Assembly (NCBI RefSeq): GCF_009914755.1
Contig: NC_060925.1
Direction: 5' to 3' (one strand)
DNA: 64,000 nt
From: the human T2T-CHM13v2.0 reference genome, Homo sapiens
Shown: one piece after another, positions 51,824 to 64,000 of the stretch
How positions within the stretch are numbered: position 1 is the first letter of the stretch
Layout of the letters: every line of letters begins with the position of its first letter
The notes under the pieces: model-generated
What the model saw: the letters and a program-made list of their open reading frames with translations, nothing else
Told to the model about the DNA's origin: nothing
The model's database searches: none
Position numbers and translations under genes: made by a program

Positions 51824-54800
51824 GTATTATCAAATACATTCCATTACTATGCATTTCTCTTTCACCTTCAAAAGGTGACTATAGAAAAATTCATATTACC
51901 TATTCCATGCGTCACAAATCTAAGGGGGTGCTGTCTTATGTCCCCCACATCCCTTCCTGTGTGTGTGTAGATCAATAACTATCTATGCATTCACTCGTAC
52001 ATTTACCTCATCCTTCCCATCTATCCATTCATTTATCCTAGCTATACACCTATCCAGTGAAAAACCTTTCACATAAGTCCTGATTTTACACTTTATTTCC
52101 TAAAATAAAGACTAATTAGATAATGCATTCTTTTATTTGTAATTTTATTTATATGATAGTAGAAAAATGATTAGTTATTGATACTCATAAAAACAGATTA
52201 CATAATTATTAGTAAAAATTGACAGGGACTCCACATGCAATATTATACTCATCAAGTTTAGATAGCGATTAATGGTAAAAATTTCTAGAGCCAATATATT
52301 TTAAAGGATCATAAGAACTGATACTCGTGATTTTTCATCCCCTGTCAAAAGCAGGCTAATATTTCCAACTCCAACTTTTTCAATTCAAGTAGAAAATATT
52401 TATACTGCTTTTAACTCGTTTTCAAAATCTGGAAAAATCTGTCTTCTATGCATTGTCTAGTAGGATGATGATCTTATTATTGGTATTATTTGGTTTACCT
52501 GATTTCATGCTTGGTGAAATGTTTGAACCAAAATCCTAGTAAAAGACAGACGCAACTACTTCCACATCATACTGAAAGTAATCATCAATTTATTTAGTTA
52601 CACTGGGGGAAAACACCACCCAGTAAAACCAGATTTTTCCCCCCAGGACAATCAAATAAAAACCTACACACAAGGGACATAGCTCCAAAAGTTAAAACAG
52701 TCCAAAATATGTATTCAAACATGTGGACAAAGCCTCTTTATTTGTGCAACTTTGAAAATAGGTTTATTCATGTAAATCATAATAATACATGTACTTAAAT
52801 TCAATAATGTTATTTTAAATGGTCAGATAAAACAATACTGTATAGATATCATGAAGATATCTGTATATTTTCAACATAATTCTATTTTTAATGTTTTTTC
52901 CAGAAAAGAAAAATTTTAAAAATTAAAGACACCAATACAATTAAAGCACCATGTCATAAATGAGGCAGGATCTCAGAAAATCAAATATCAAATTATGAAA
53001 AGCACCTCTCATAACTTCTAGAAAAGTCATTGGAAAACAAACTCTGCATAATTGGGATACTACATTTCTTCTTACTAAAAAGCAAATTTTATAGTGATAA
53101 AAGGTACATTGCAAAGGACAGAAGTATTTAACCAAAAAGTAACGCTATGAAGATTAAAATATTCTAAGTCAAAAACATTGAATGAAAATTCTATCTCTAT
53201 CACCATTCCCTGGACATAGACTTAAGCTATGATTTCTCATTAGTAGTAATAAATGCAAATAACATGTTGAGTTAAAAATAAATACAAATCGAACAAAAAA
53301 TGAAGAGAGGTCAGATAAAGAGAAATATAATACAAATTACCAAATAAGATTATTTTTATGTAATTGTTTCTAACTACCACTAATTTATAGTAATTTTATT
53401 ATATGCTCTGGCCTAAAATTTTTAGCCTTGCATACATCAAAATGAAGGATAACTAATAATCAATCATTAAATCCCTATGAGCTTGGGCCATTGTCTGCAA
53501 TCATGATTTTGTGAAGATTAAAGTTTCCCTTATTAAGGTTTTCAACTGTAATAACATAATACTTTATCTTAAATCCTTTATCTTAAATATTATGCAAAGA
53601 ATATGTCAAAGCAAATAAAGCATAGTTTGCTAGTCAGAATGGTTCAATTCTTTGTCTGGCTCTTTCCATAACTATTTCTATAAACTTTGATGAGTCTCTT
53701 AACTTATTTGCTTTTCCAAATATAAGATGGATGTAAAGAGTATATCCTCCATGATGTTTTGCTGTAATGATCCAATAACATTACATTATGGTTATTATAC
53801 GAATGTACTTAAAAATATTTTATAAATCTTAAAATGTCAAGATCATTTATTGAACATCTATCTGCATAGAGTGTTACAATCTATCCCATATCAATTCTGT
53901 AGGTAAACAGATTTGAGATATGATCGAACGGTAAAATAACTTAAAGGATGACAGCCAAATAATAATACTATTTGATGTTTGAGTGATTTATAGAAATATC
54001 TAGTATCATGTTTTATTTCCTGCCCCCTCCCATCACTAATAATATTATTTAGATTGTGATTATTTTAGAAGAGATACAGAAACAAATCAAAATTCTATTT
54101 TTTAAAAAAGATGATTTTCCTGAGTTTAGCTGTAAGTACACAACACAAAGTTAAATAGAGAATTCATAATTATCTAATTAAACTAATACCTTTAAAATAT
54201 TCAAACCAACCATTTTAGCAGAAACAAACAATAATAATATTTATGATCAGAACCTGGGAAATCCAGATTTGTCATAAGCAAACAACAACATAATCCAAAT
54301 ATTTCTACTAAAGGTGGCAAAGCCTGTCTCTGTATACCTTTTCAATCTTAAACACAAACAATTTCTGTTTGGACTCCACTTGAAAACCACTTTTGAAGAA
54401 GTTTAAAAATAAGATTTCTCCCAGGAAATAAAAGACCCACAGTGTTCAATGTTTGACAGGATTGGAAGTTAATTAAGGCAATTAGATTTTCCATTCATGT
54501 GTAGACTGCCATTATCTTTCTTCTAAATAAAAGATTTTAATAGCTGGCATTACCTACCTACCAGAATGTTTCACATTGCTTCTTCTTTCATATACTGCAT
54601 TTGCCTACATTGCCACAAGGGAATTACAAATCTTATACATTGTCAGGATTTACAAAATTGAGAAAGCAAGAGTAGGGCAAGGAGTAAAAAAAATGCTGTG
54701 AGGCAAATAAACACCAATAGAAGTAAAATAGTTCAGCCCAAGGTCTTCTTAGGTCAGCTAATTTTGAGACTACATTTTGTGCCCAAATGCAAATTTTTAT

Positions 54801-55839
54801 AATATTCTGTAGTCCAAAGTCAAAAGTATTTTTCACATCTTTAATAGCACAAAGTCAGAGGCATTTCATAGGATAATAAAAAATCTTCCCTTCAGAGAAT
54901 TACACAAGGATACTCTAGCCTACTTTCCCAATTTAAAGATAACACATTTAATATGTTATTCCCAAATAAAAGCTTGCTGAAAAGCATTAATTTATCTAGA
55001 CCCATGGAATAGTTAAGAAAGACGCAAATATTCACATTAAAGTAATAATAATTTTGAAAAGATCGTTAATGAACACTACAATAAGCAAACTGCTGTGTTA
55101 AATAAATGTTATCAAACATAGATTGCAATTGAGTATAGGGAGCAGAATGGAAAGGCAAGACTTCTGAAACAATAAGGTAAAGAGGACAGTAACTTTTTCC
55201 TGCACTATATGTTTTCCTGATACAGTAGTTCACTTTGCTGCCTAAAGCCACCTCCCTCCTTCCCTTGGGAAAGAGAAATATCCAACAGCACCCTTGAATT
55301 CTCCTGAGATTTCTATGAGGGAACCATCATAAACAGAGAAAACACCCCTTAGAAGAGCGGCAGGAAAAGAAGCAAAGGCAGATTAGCAGTATCAGACACA
55401 GCAGTGGCAATTTTAGTGCCAGCCTCTGATGGGGTTCTCCTTCGGGACAATATCCTGAGAGAGTGTACCAGTTTAACCTAGAGTAGCTGTGCATACTTAC
55501 AGGCTTCTCAGTAAGAGGAGTAGTGAACATTATTTGTATATTCACACGTATACTCCAAGGAGGATCTAAGCATATTAAATTCTTGAGGATCATATAAGAT
55601 AATTAAAGAAACCAAACAGTAGATATTTTCTCTAACTATATTGCCTGTTCTCAAAATAGATTATGATATTGTTAAATATGGTTCATTATTTAGCCTCTTT
55701 CTTCCTATTTCAACAGTCTTTAACTCATCATACCTACCTCCTCTCCCTACCAAGCAATGTCTTTGTTGTTAAATGAATTAATCAATTTGTGCATGAAGTA
55801 TCTTGGGATAAAACAAAATAGTGGCCGGTGACTAGCAGT

Positions 55840-56060
55840 CATTGGTTATTGAGAACTTATCATGTGCTAGGCAACGGCTTAATGACTTAATGCATATTAA
55901 CACATTTAATCCTTATAGCAATCCTATGAGGCAGGTGCTATTATCATCCCATTTTACAGATGAGAAAACCGGAACTAGTAAGAGGCAGAAACAGGAGTGG
56001 AAGTGGGGAGAATGGCTGCAGAACTCACGTTCTTAAGCACTATGTTTAAACTGCTTCTCT
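55840..56060 (-). mobile_element. MIR SINE
   Basis: catttaatccttatagcaatcctatgaggcaggtgctattatcatcccattttacagatgagaaaac. Confidence 0.8.
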
Positions 56061-57835
56061 GCCATCAAAGTCTATTTTTGGAAGAGAGCATTTGGTATAT
56101 ATTCCAAAAGCAGAAACACAGGCAGATGAAAACCAATTATGGAGGTAAACAATACCTGCATCATGATATGGGGCACATATAAAAGGTAGGAAGAATGATG
56201 AACTAGCAGGAGGAAAAAATAATGAACACTGTTACTCAAAAGGGCTAGGCGATTTTGCCTCTATCACTTTATAAGGTGATTTCACCTTTAAAAGTTCACA
56301 GCTATGAGATTGTGAACAAACCAAAAGTGATAAAAAGATTCCATTCCTCTTTTTTTCCACTGAGGCAGAGACTGAGGGATATTAATTTCCCTGCTCCTGG
56401 TCTTCACTGCAGATTAGACAAGGTGTGTATTTCAAGGGCCAGGGAGGCAGAGCCACCTTCCAGTTGAATTTTACAGTTCAGGAGGGAGTCCCACAGAGTC
56501 TATTTTCCACTAAACTCCCCCAGCCAATGATTACATTTACTTGTGCTGGAATATCATGACAACAATTCAGAAACATTGGAAACTGCTTGGCTGCATGTGG
56601 AAACATTATAAGGTCTGATGATATAAAAGAGAAAAATCACACAGGGAGAGAAAATGCATATCCATTAGGAGGGCTTTTTTTTTTTTTTTAAACAGAGTCC
56701 TCAGTCACTAAAAGAGATAAAAGCCATGACTCACATTAAAGCTTCCTTGCTCTACAGATGAATTAACAATTAGCAAGGGGAAGTCTTTCGTTTTGGTCTC
56801 CTGATAGCTATCTGGACTATTAAACATGTGAGGCTTGCATAGGAAATTACAAAGGCTTCCCTCCGTTTCGGATTCAAGTTGCATCCAAAATACAGTTGTG
56901 GATTTCTGTGCATAGGACATAACCCCAAAGAAGTCTCTTCTTCTATTTTTTTCCCCTCCACAATGTGATTGACTGCTCTTAGCTGGTTCTGGGGATCATG
57001 TGCTAAATTTATAATCTGCACTGGAGCTGAGATTGCAATGACAGAAATCGGAATAGCCATAAACAAAATATTTAACAGGAGAGATGTTGCTCTACCAGGG
57101 GTAAGGTTGCTTCATCTGAAGCATGGAGCCCTAATCTATGACACATACAAGTACAAATTATGTCATCTGCAACAGGTGACAAGTTTTAATTGAATGTCTT
57201 CTGTCTGCAATTCTGACAAAAGGTGAATGGAAATAAATGAGTCTGGCAAGACAGCCCTGAGCCTTACAATACCCAATATCTCATTATTTTTAAACAGCTA
57301 TCTATAAACTGATGCTGACAAGCCTCGAACCTTTTATTTCTGCTCAAGAGGAGGTGGCTGTGAAGGGGGAAAAAAAGAAAGAAAGAAAAGGGGCATCCAG
57401 AACATTACATTAAACATGCAATACCTACCATTATCACTTCCCCAATGTAATTAAAGGAAATCTCCTATTCAAAAGGCACTATTTCTTACTTTGCTTGATG
57501 TCAGAGGGAGAGAGAGAGAGAGAGAGAACGAGAATGAGAAGATGCTTGGCCTGCATTTGCTGAACATAGGGATTGTCTTTAAAGAAAAAAGGAAAATCTT
57601 CCCTTCCTTCTTTTTGCCTGCTAAAAATTTCCTAAACTATTGAAAAAAGATACTACTATGGTTCATACATATCTAAACTATATTTTATCTTGTTACTATT
57701 TAAGATGGGTGAATATTCTCTTTATCCTTTTCAAAATTGCTTTCTCATATGAATAAAGTTATGAATTCATGGGTAAAGACATGAAATGGGGTTGTACATC
57801 AACATCAGAAGTGATTCTACTAATTCACAATTAAA

Positions 57836-58843
57836 TGTGACACTGGCAGCAATAAGTTTAACCCAATAATAATAGTTATAACAGTGCACAGCACCCCATG
57901 GGGATGCTCTGTATAAACAGAAGCACAAATATTATTTATGCAAAATTCAATGCCCTGTAAAATGAATTAAATATGAAATCAACCAAGCAGGTTTACAAGT
58001 TGCTGGGTTGAGAGCCCACAGTCACTTTGGTTCATTTGATGGAAATGAATATAGTGGAATATAGTAGAGTCTAATGATCAAAAAAGCAGACATGGATTTA
58101 AAATATAGATTTTTTTTAAAAAAAAGGAAATAGATGGCAGAGAAAGGTGCCATATGAGCCTGGAGGGCATTTGGTTTCAGCATATGTGAATCTAGATCAT
58201 ACGGGCAACCTTGGAAGAGCCTATGAAGCTCAAAGAGGAACTTATGGAAATTCTAATAGGGGAAAACTTTATCTCTGAGCCAATGTGTTAGCAATTCACT
58301 GAAGACAATAAAATGTATTACCAGACTGGAGCAGAAATCCTGAGTGTGTCAATTATTAGATACCAAAGAGAGGCATGATGTTTGATAATATTTCTCTGGT
58401 GATCATTATAACTTGGCAAAGTTGAAATTCAAAATAAAGTAAATCTAGTATAACGAATATGGTATATGTTCCCAGGTCATGTGTAAAGAGAATTATACCT
58501 CTTTAGGAAAAAATGTTTCCTCTTAGGAAAAGAATAGTTCAATAGAGATTAAATGTAAATACAATACAAGCGAGAGATGTCTTGTTACACTGCGACACTT
58601 CTTATTTCTTGTAACATTGGTAGCAATAAATCTACACAGTCATAGTAATAATAACAGTGCATAGCACCCCCATAGGAATGCTCTGTGTAAAAGAAGCCCC
58701 AAATATTATTTATTCAAACTTCAAACCCCATAAAAAATAACTAAATATAAAACTAAGCAAGCTGGTCTTCAGGTTGCTTGGTTGCAAGCCACAGTCTCTC
58801 TGTTTATCCAATAGAGAGAAATAAAGTGGAGTCTAATGACTCA
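57836..58843. repeat. Old direct repeat: 57836-58080 and 58610-58843
   Basis: Collinear shared blocks (agcaataa, ataacagtgca-agcacccc, atgctctgt, caaatattatttat, gagtctaatga) at an offset of ~770 bp. Confidence 0.85.
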
Positions 58844-60919
58844 ATTGTAAGTCTTAGTAGAATAAACAAGAAGTAATGAAGGAACACGAAAAAGCAATTA
58901 GAAGGGTACTCTAAAATGGGTTGATTCAGAGTCTGATATGAAATCAAGAGAATACAGTGGTTTCCATCCCCTTCTCAACCAACTCTATATACCATTACTG
59001 AACCCCATTCATCTACCAATGGTGTTCTTAAATATTCATGAGGAAAGTTAGCAAAGAAAAAACAGCAGAGATTACGAGAGAAAAATATAAGTTCTGTAGA
59101 AATTCAGAAATTGAAAAGAAAAGCACAAAAGATTCAGAGCACATTCTCAGCTGCCTTGAGACCTGAGCTATCCACAGTTGCCTGTAGCCCCCTGAGGGCA
59201 CATTTTCAAGCCAATTAATACACAGTTTTTCTCTCCTAGAGTTAACAATTCAACTCTTGAGGAATGTAAGGTCTCATGGGAGAAACTGAGGTAAGAGAAT
59301 TATGAATACTGGTGAAAATAAGAAATCTATGTGTATATATAAATGATGTATATTCATTAAAATGAACACAAATATGAAAATACTATAGATTACAGACACA
59401 CTAAATAAGCAATGTTTCCTGTTCAATTTATTTCCATCTAGCATCTTTTGATCTCTTGTATGTTTTCAGAATCTCAATTCTATCTGGTTTCAGTAAGATG
59501 ACTATAAATTCTGTTTGCTTTGATGCACACAATATGCATACAAAAGGCATTATATTTGGACATCTGGATTACAAGCTAAATATTCAATGTTATTTTTATT
59601 TTGCTACTCTGAGCAACTAGGTCTTAATATGGATCCACTCCAGATTCACATTAAATTGATATATCATGTTAAAGGTTTGGAGGAGAGTTATACGTATGTG
59701 TATTCATAGTTACATGTCCATCTAAACATACCAAAATTTTTTGTCAAAGAAATTAACAGTTGGGAAAGTATATACTCTGAGGGCCAGTGAGGAAACTGTA
59801 CATGTGAAGTATTGTACATGTGAAGTAGGGTGAAGTCCATAGCCTGTATTTTTGTTCTCAGACTGAGTGAAACGTGTGAAAATATAGAAAACACCAATGA
59901 TATATCCAGACACCAAACATACTGAGTCTTGGCTGAAAAAAGTTTGTATTTGTAACAAGTCATGAATTTCCTGACAGACTTCCCTGTGTATTGTTATTAT
60001 ATGAGGGGTTGTAGGATGGGCAATTGCCAGTCTAGTCAACATGATCCTCAATGCAAGGATGCATCTCTAAATTCTAGTGTGTGCCAAGAAAAAAACAAAC
60101 ACATTTTCCCATTCACAAGGCAGCTGAAGGCTAGATGTTGAGAATGGAGACTTCAAATGTCACTCCCTCATGTAGAAGGAGGCAGAATTCCCCATGAAAA
60201 TTTCCTTGCATTTTCCAAACTTAAATTTCTTAGTCTTTTCTGTCAATTGTCTCCCTCTATGTTTTTGGAATATAGACCGGCCTAACTGCAAACGTCAAGG
60301 TATTTCATTTGTTACATATATTCAGCTTAATTCCATAAAAATTTGAGAGTGGAGTGCATAGTGAAAATGACATACTAATTGAAAAAGCTTTGAAGGATCA
60401 AAACATAATCAAATGATTTTGGTGTATGTTGTAAAGTGTCTATACATCATCATTAGCCATGCAGTATGTATCACATGCCTGCTACACAGTAGGTACTCAA
60501 AAATACTGAGTAAGTGAATAAATAAATGTACAACATGCTTTACAGCCATGCACTATGATGATTTTTGTTTTTCTTTTGGTAATTCTAAAACTGGAATGTA
60601 CACAGACAAATATGAACCTCTTGTCAATTTTTTTCAGTAATTCTTGTTTGGCGTGTTTTCTTAATGCACCAGTGTACAGTAAATTAAGAAAAGTATAGAA
60701 AACTTGAAGATAACAACATATCATGAAGCATTGAAGAAAAAAAAGGAGTTGGCTGAAAGGTAGACTCAGTTTTATTTTTTAACTATTCATCATAGATAAC
60801 ATAAAACAGCATTTGATATGCTGTGAAAACCTCAGTTAGATATTAAGAAGAACTGACTAATGAGAGAATTATATTTAGATACTGAATATTGAACAAGAAA
60901 GATCATAGATTGCTATACT

Positions 60920-61050
60920 TGGGAAATTTGACAAATGAGGAAAACCATTCCCTTCCTGAGACATTTTTATTGCTCTCCTGCCTGGAAGCAGATGAATGAG
61001 TTTGATCACATGTTAAGCTCTCTTCCAGTTCTAAAAGTCTATGAATGAAA
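60920..61050 (+). mobile_element. MIR3-like fragment
   Basis: 3' end tcttccagttctaaaagtctatga resembles the MIR3 tail. Confidence 0.45.
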
Positions 61051-61974
61051 TGGTGTACTTAAAAAGATGGAATTGACCCACAGATTCAGAGTCCGACAAC
61101 TGCCCTGGCAGTTGGAAACATCAACATACTTCATATCTTAAATCAGGGAAGACTGGAGCCAAATGGATAGCATTAATGAAACAGAAGAGCAGAAGCCTTT
61201 CTGGCACAGGTTTTAGCGTTCCCCTCACGCTGACCTTGGCCAAATGCATTTCCTTTTGTTCTTGATGATAATAAAGCAAATAAAGTGCCCATGTTTGAAA
61301 AATGCTTCTAGCTTATTATTGCATTAGGAAAAGATCAATGTCTGTTGCACATCACTATGGAAACTGAAGTATGGGAAATCATATACAGCTTCAGATTTGT
61401 AGAAATTTACAACATATAGACAAAAAGTGAGCTGAGGAGGATATGACTAAATAACATATTTTGAAAGCAACCAAAGAATAGATAATGACTGTTCTGTTAT
61501 TTAGCTGAATTCCATCTAATGTCTTAAAAATCAAAAGGCATTTGGCTAAAGATGACCAGATTTCATTAAGTATGCCACAATGGTGAAAATTAATGTTTCA
61601 TCTCAACATCTACAGTCACCCTTTTGGCAGAAATCACATTATGTATAGATATATATGTATACCTCTGTATATATGTATATACATGCATACTTGTACATAT
61701 ATCCACACACAGGGGTACATACATAGAGATAAACATAAAAACACAGACACAATCCTAAACCAGTAAGACATTATCAAATTTCTTTATTTTTCTGATAATG
61801 ATTTGGCCCAGCCACATGATTCTGTGAGAATTATTCATTTGCACAAGTTTCCCTCCCAAAAGAACCCATGTTCTATGAGTTTACATTAGCATTTACATCA
61901 AGTCACAAATTCAGACAACTACAGGGACTACCTACACAAAGTGAGTGAATGAAAGGGACTATGTGTTTAAATAA

Positions 61975-61997
61975 AGAGAGAGAGAGAGAGAGAGAGA
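61975..61997. repeat. (AG)n microsatellite
   Basis: Direct observation. Confidence 0.9.
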
Positions 61998-62790
61998 AAA
62001 CAAAAACAATGGGCATGAACTGTGGTGAACCCAAGAGCATTTACCCCCAAAGGACACAGCCACTGCTCAGTGCCAGTTAGATATTTATTGCCTTGTGGGA
62101 GTGGGGTGGGCAATCTTGAATGTGAGTTCAGTGTTATCAGAGTTTCCACTCCGAAAAGAAGGCAGCAATCCAGATCTTTCTATAAAATCATCCGATGTTT
62201 AAGTGTTTCCCAAAAATGTTTGCTAATTGTGTGGCCCTCAGGCCACCCGTTTCTAGTCTTTGGTGTCTATACCAAAGTTACACAGGGGCTAAATGTTAGA
62301 AATTTCTTGATAGAAGTCAAGTTTGACAATTGGCTGGTTACATTATAAGTTGGTCACTATTTAGAACTTACTCTTTTATTTATTTAGGCCCTCCATTATA
62401 TCTGCATAGATTAAATTACCTAACTATTTAAGTTGTTCTATAGGCTACATCTTGAAATCCTGATTTTAAAATGTGATTTTGTAGGGCTTTAAGTATAATA
62501 ATAATGTATAAAATACATGTGTTTTCATTAGAAAACATTTCAAACAAGAGTAAAAATTTAATCACCCACACATCCAGACCTAGCACCTGTTAATTAAGAA
62601 AGCTGACCTGTTTTGGTCCAAAAACCCCTCCTAAAGAATTTCTTGCTAAGCTCTGGTCTCCACTGGTAGTTATAGCAGGTGGCAACAAAGGGTCTTTAAA
62701 TTCATCCATTGTGTTTACTAAATGTTTTCATGCTCTGAAGGAATGTCTTTTTGTCAAGTGAAATCTGTTGGAAACTGCAAGTCAATTCTT

Positions 62791-63002
62791 TTCTTTTTTT
62801 TTGAGACAGAGTCTTGCTCTGTCACCCAGGCTGGAATGCAGTGGCGTGATCTCAGCTCACTGCAGCCTCTGCTCCCAGGTTCCAGCGATTCTCTTGCCTC
62901 AGCTTCCCAGGTAGCTGTTATTACAGGAATGTGCCACTATGCCTGGCTAATTTTTGTATTTTTAGTAGAGATGGGGTTTCACCATGTTGGCCAGGCTGGT
63001 CT
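62791..63002 (-). mobile_element. Alu, 5'-truncated, with TSD gtcaattctt
   Basis: Reverse right arm plus part of left arm; gtcaattctt at 62781-62790 and 63008-63017. Confidence 0.94.
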
Positions 63003-64000
63003 AAGTGGTCAATTCTTAAAGCACAAGTGGTGAGCTCCATTTTCATTCAGATTACACCAAGTTCATCATCACTGATAACTAGCTGACAAAGAATTTTTCT
63101 TCTGTTGGCCTGGACACTTTTTCTCTAATTTCTTGCATTGTATGAAAGAGAAGGTCTTTGAAGTGGCAAAAGATGAAAAGGATCCTAAATGCTTTTTGGA
63201 ACAGTCTAGGAGGAATTCGGTTTTAATAGTGCTTTCTTAGGGTTTGTCAATCCTAGAGTACAAAGGAGCGGAAGAAACTGCTAGAATAGAAAACCTAAAG
63301 TGGTGGGAGAATGGGAGAATGGCCAGGAAAGACTTCATGAGAAAGGGGGAAGGGAAGGAAATTAAAAAGAGTCTTGAGTGTTTGAAGAAAAAAAAAACTG
63401 TAAATTTGAAAGAAGGCAGTAAAAATCATTTTTCTATCAACTTTCAAGACTATGCAGGCATATTATGAAGAACTGCCCATATGCCAAATAGCACATTACA
63501 TAGGGTGAAAAAATGAATCTTTAAACAGGACATGACACATACTGGATGGCCAGCAATATATCCTAGACCACCAGAATATTAGTATCATTGCAGCTAGAGA
63601 CAGTAAACATATGAACTTGTTAGCAACAGATGAAAGTCATATGTGTACACCTACTGAAGTCAATGGTTATTCCATAATTCCTGTCAATGCCAAATCACTT
63701 CAGCAAGGCCTCTGACAGAAGTACTGGCTTCTCTCAATGTATGTATTTCAAAAACTCACTCTACAAAGCCTCTCATCTCTGCTGCCATTGAGGAAACTAG
63801 ATTGGAATCCCCTTGGAAGTTGTCATTGCAGTGCCCTCATCAGTCAAGAAGGTTGCTGCTGGGCAGCATGAGGCATCCCCTCCCTCTACAGGGGCTTCAT
63901 GGCTGGCCTCTTAGCATTCAGAGTCCCTCTGGCTGAATAAATGAAAGACTGTGAAATTGAACTCAAGTTACCATACAGTAGGTAAAGAAAGCACAGAAAC

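Overview
Primate (almost certainly human or great-ape) genomic DNA, AT-rich and CpG-depleted, lying entirely inside the nuclear-receptor gene ESRRG (estrogen-related receptor gamma, NR3B3), which is transcribed from the minus strand. Only two coding exons are present: a 111-nt exon encoding the DBD C-terminal extension/hinge (48295-48405) and a 162-nt exon encoding the start of the ligand-binding domain (44525-44686). The LBD exon has an in-frame alternative acceptor 21 nt upstream. The rest is intron with Alu, L1, L2, MIR, MLT1 LTRs, MER20/MER45 DNA-transposon fossils, microsatellites and several repeat-free, motif-dense blocks that look like conserved non-coding elements (conservation cannot be measured from one sequence). 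No prokaryotic system, CRISPR array or RNA gene can be supported, and the other ORFs in the track look like chance or repeat-derived frames. The best leads concern post-transcriptional control of ESRRG: a well-formed candidate poison exon (30632-30738) inside an enhancer-like block; inverted Alus flanking the two exons, whose back-spliced 273-nt circle would carry a stop-free ORF; an antisense Alu given a strong 3' splice site by a 285-nt microsatellite-derived pyrimidine tract; a possible intronic-polyadenylation isoform; and an unexplained old ~240-bp direct repeat with TG...CA ends. All of these are hypotheses needing RNA-seq or alignments. Repeat subfamily names are from recall of consensus sequences and old-repeat boundaries are approximate.
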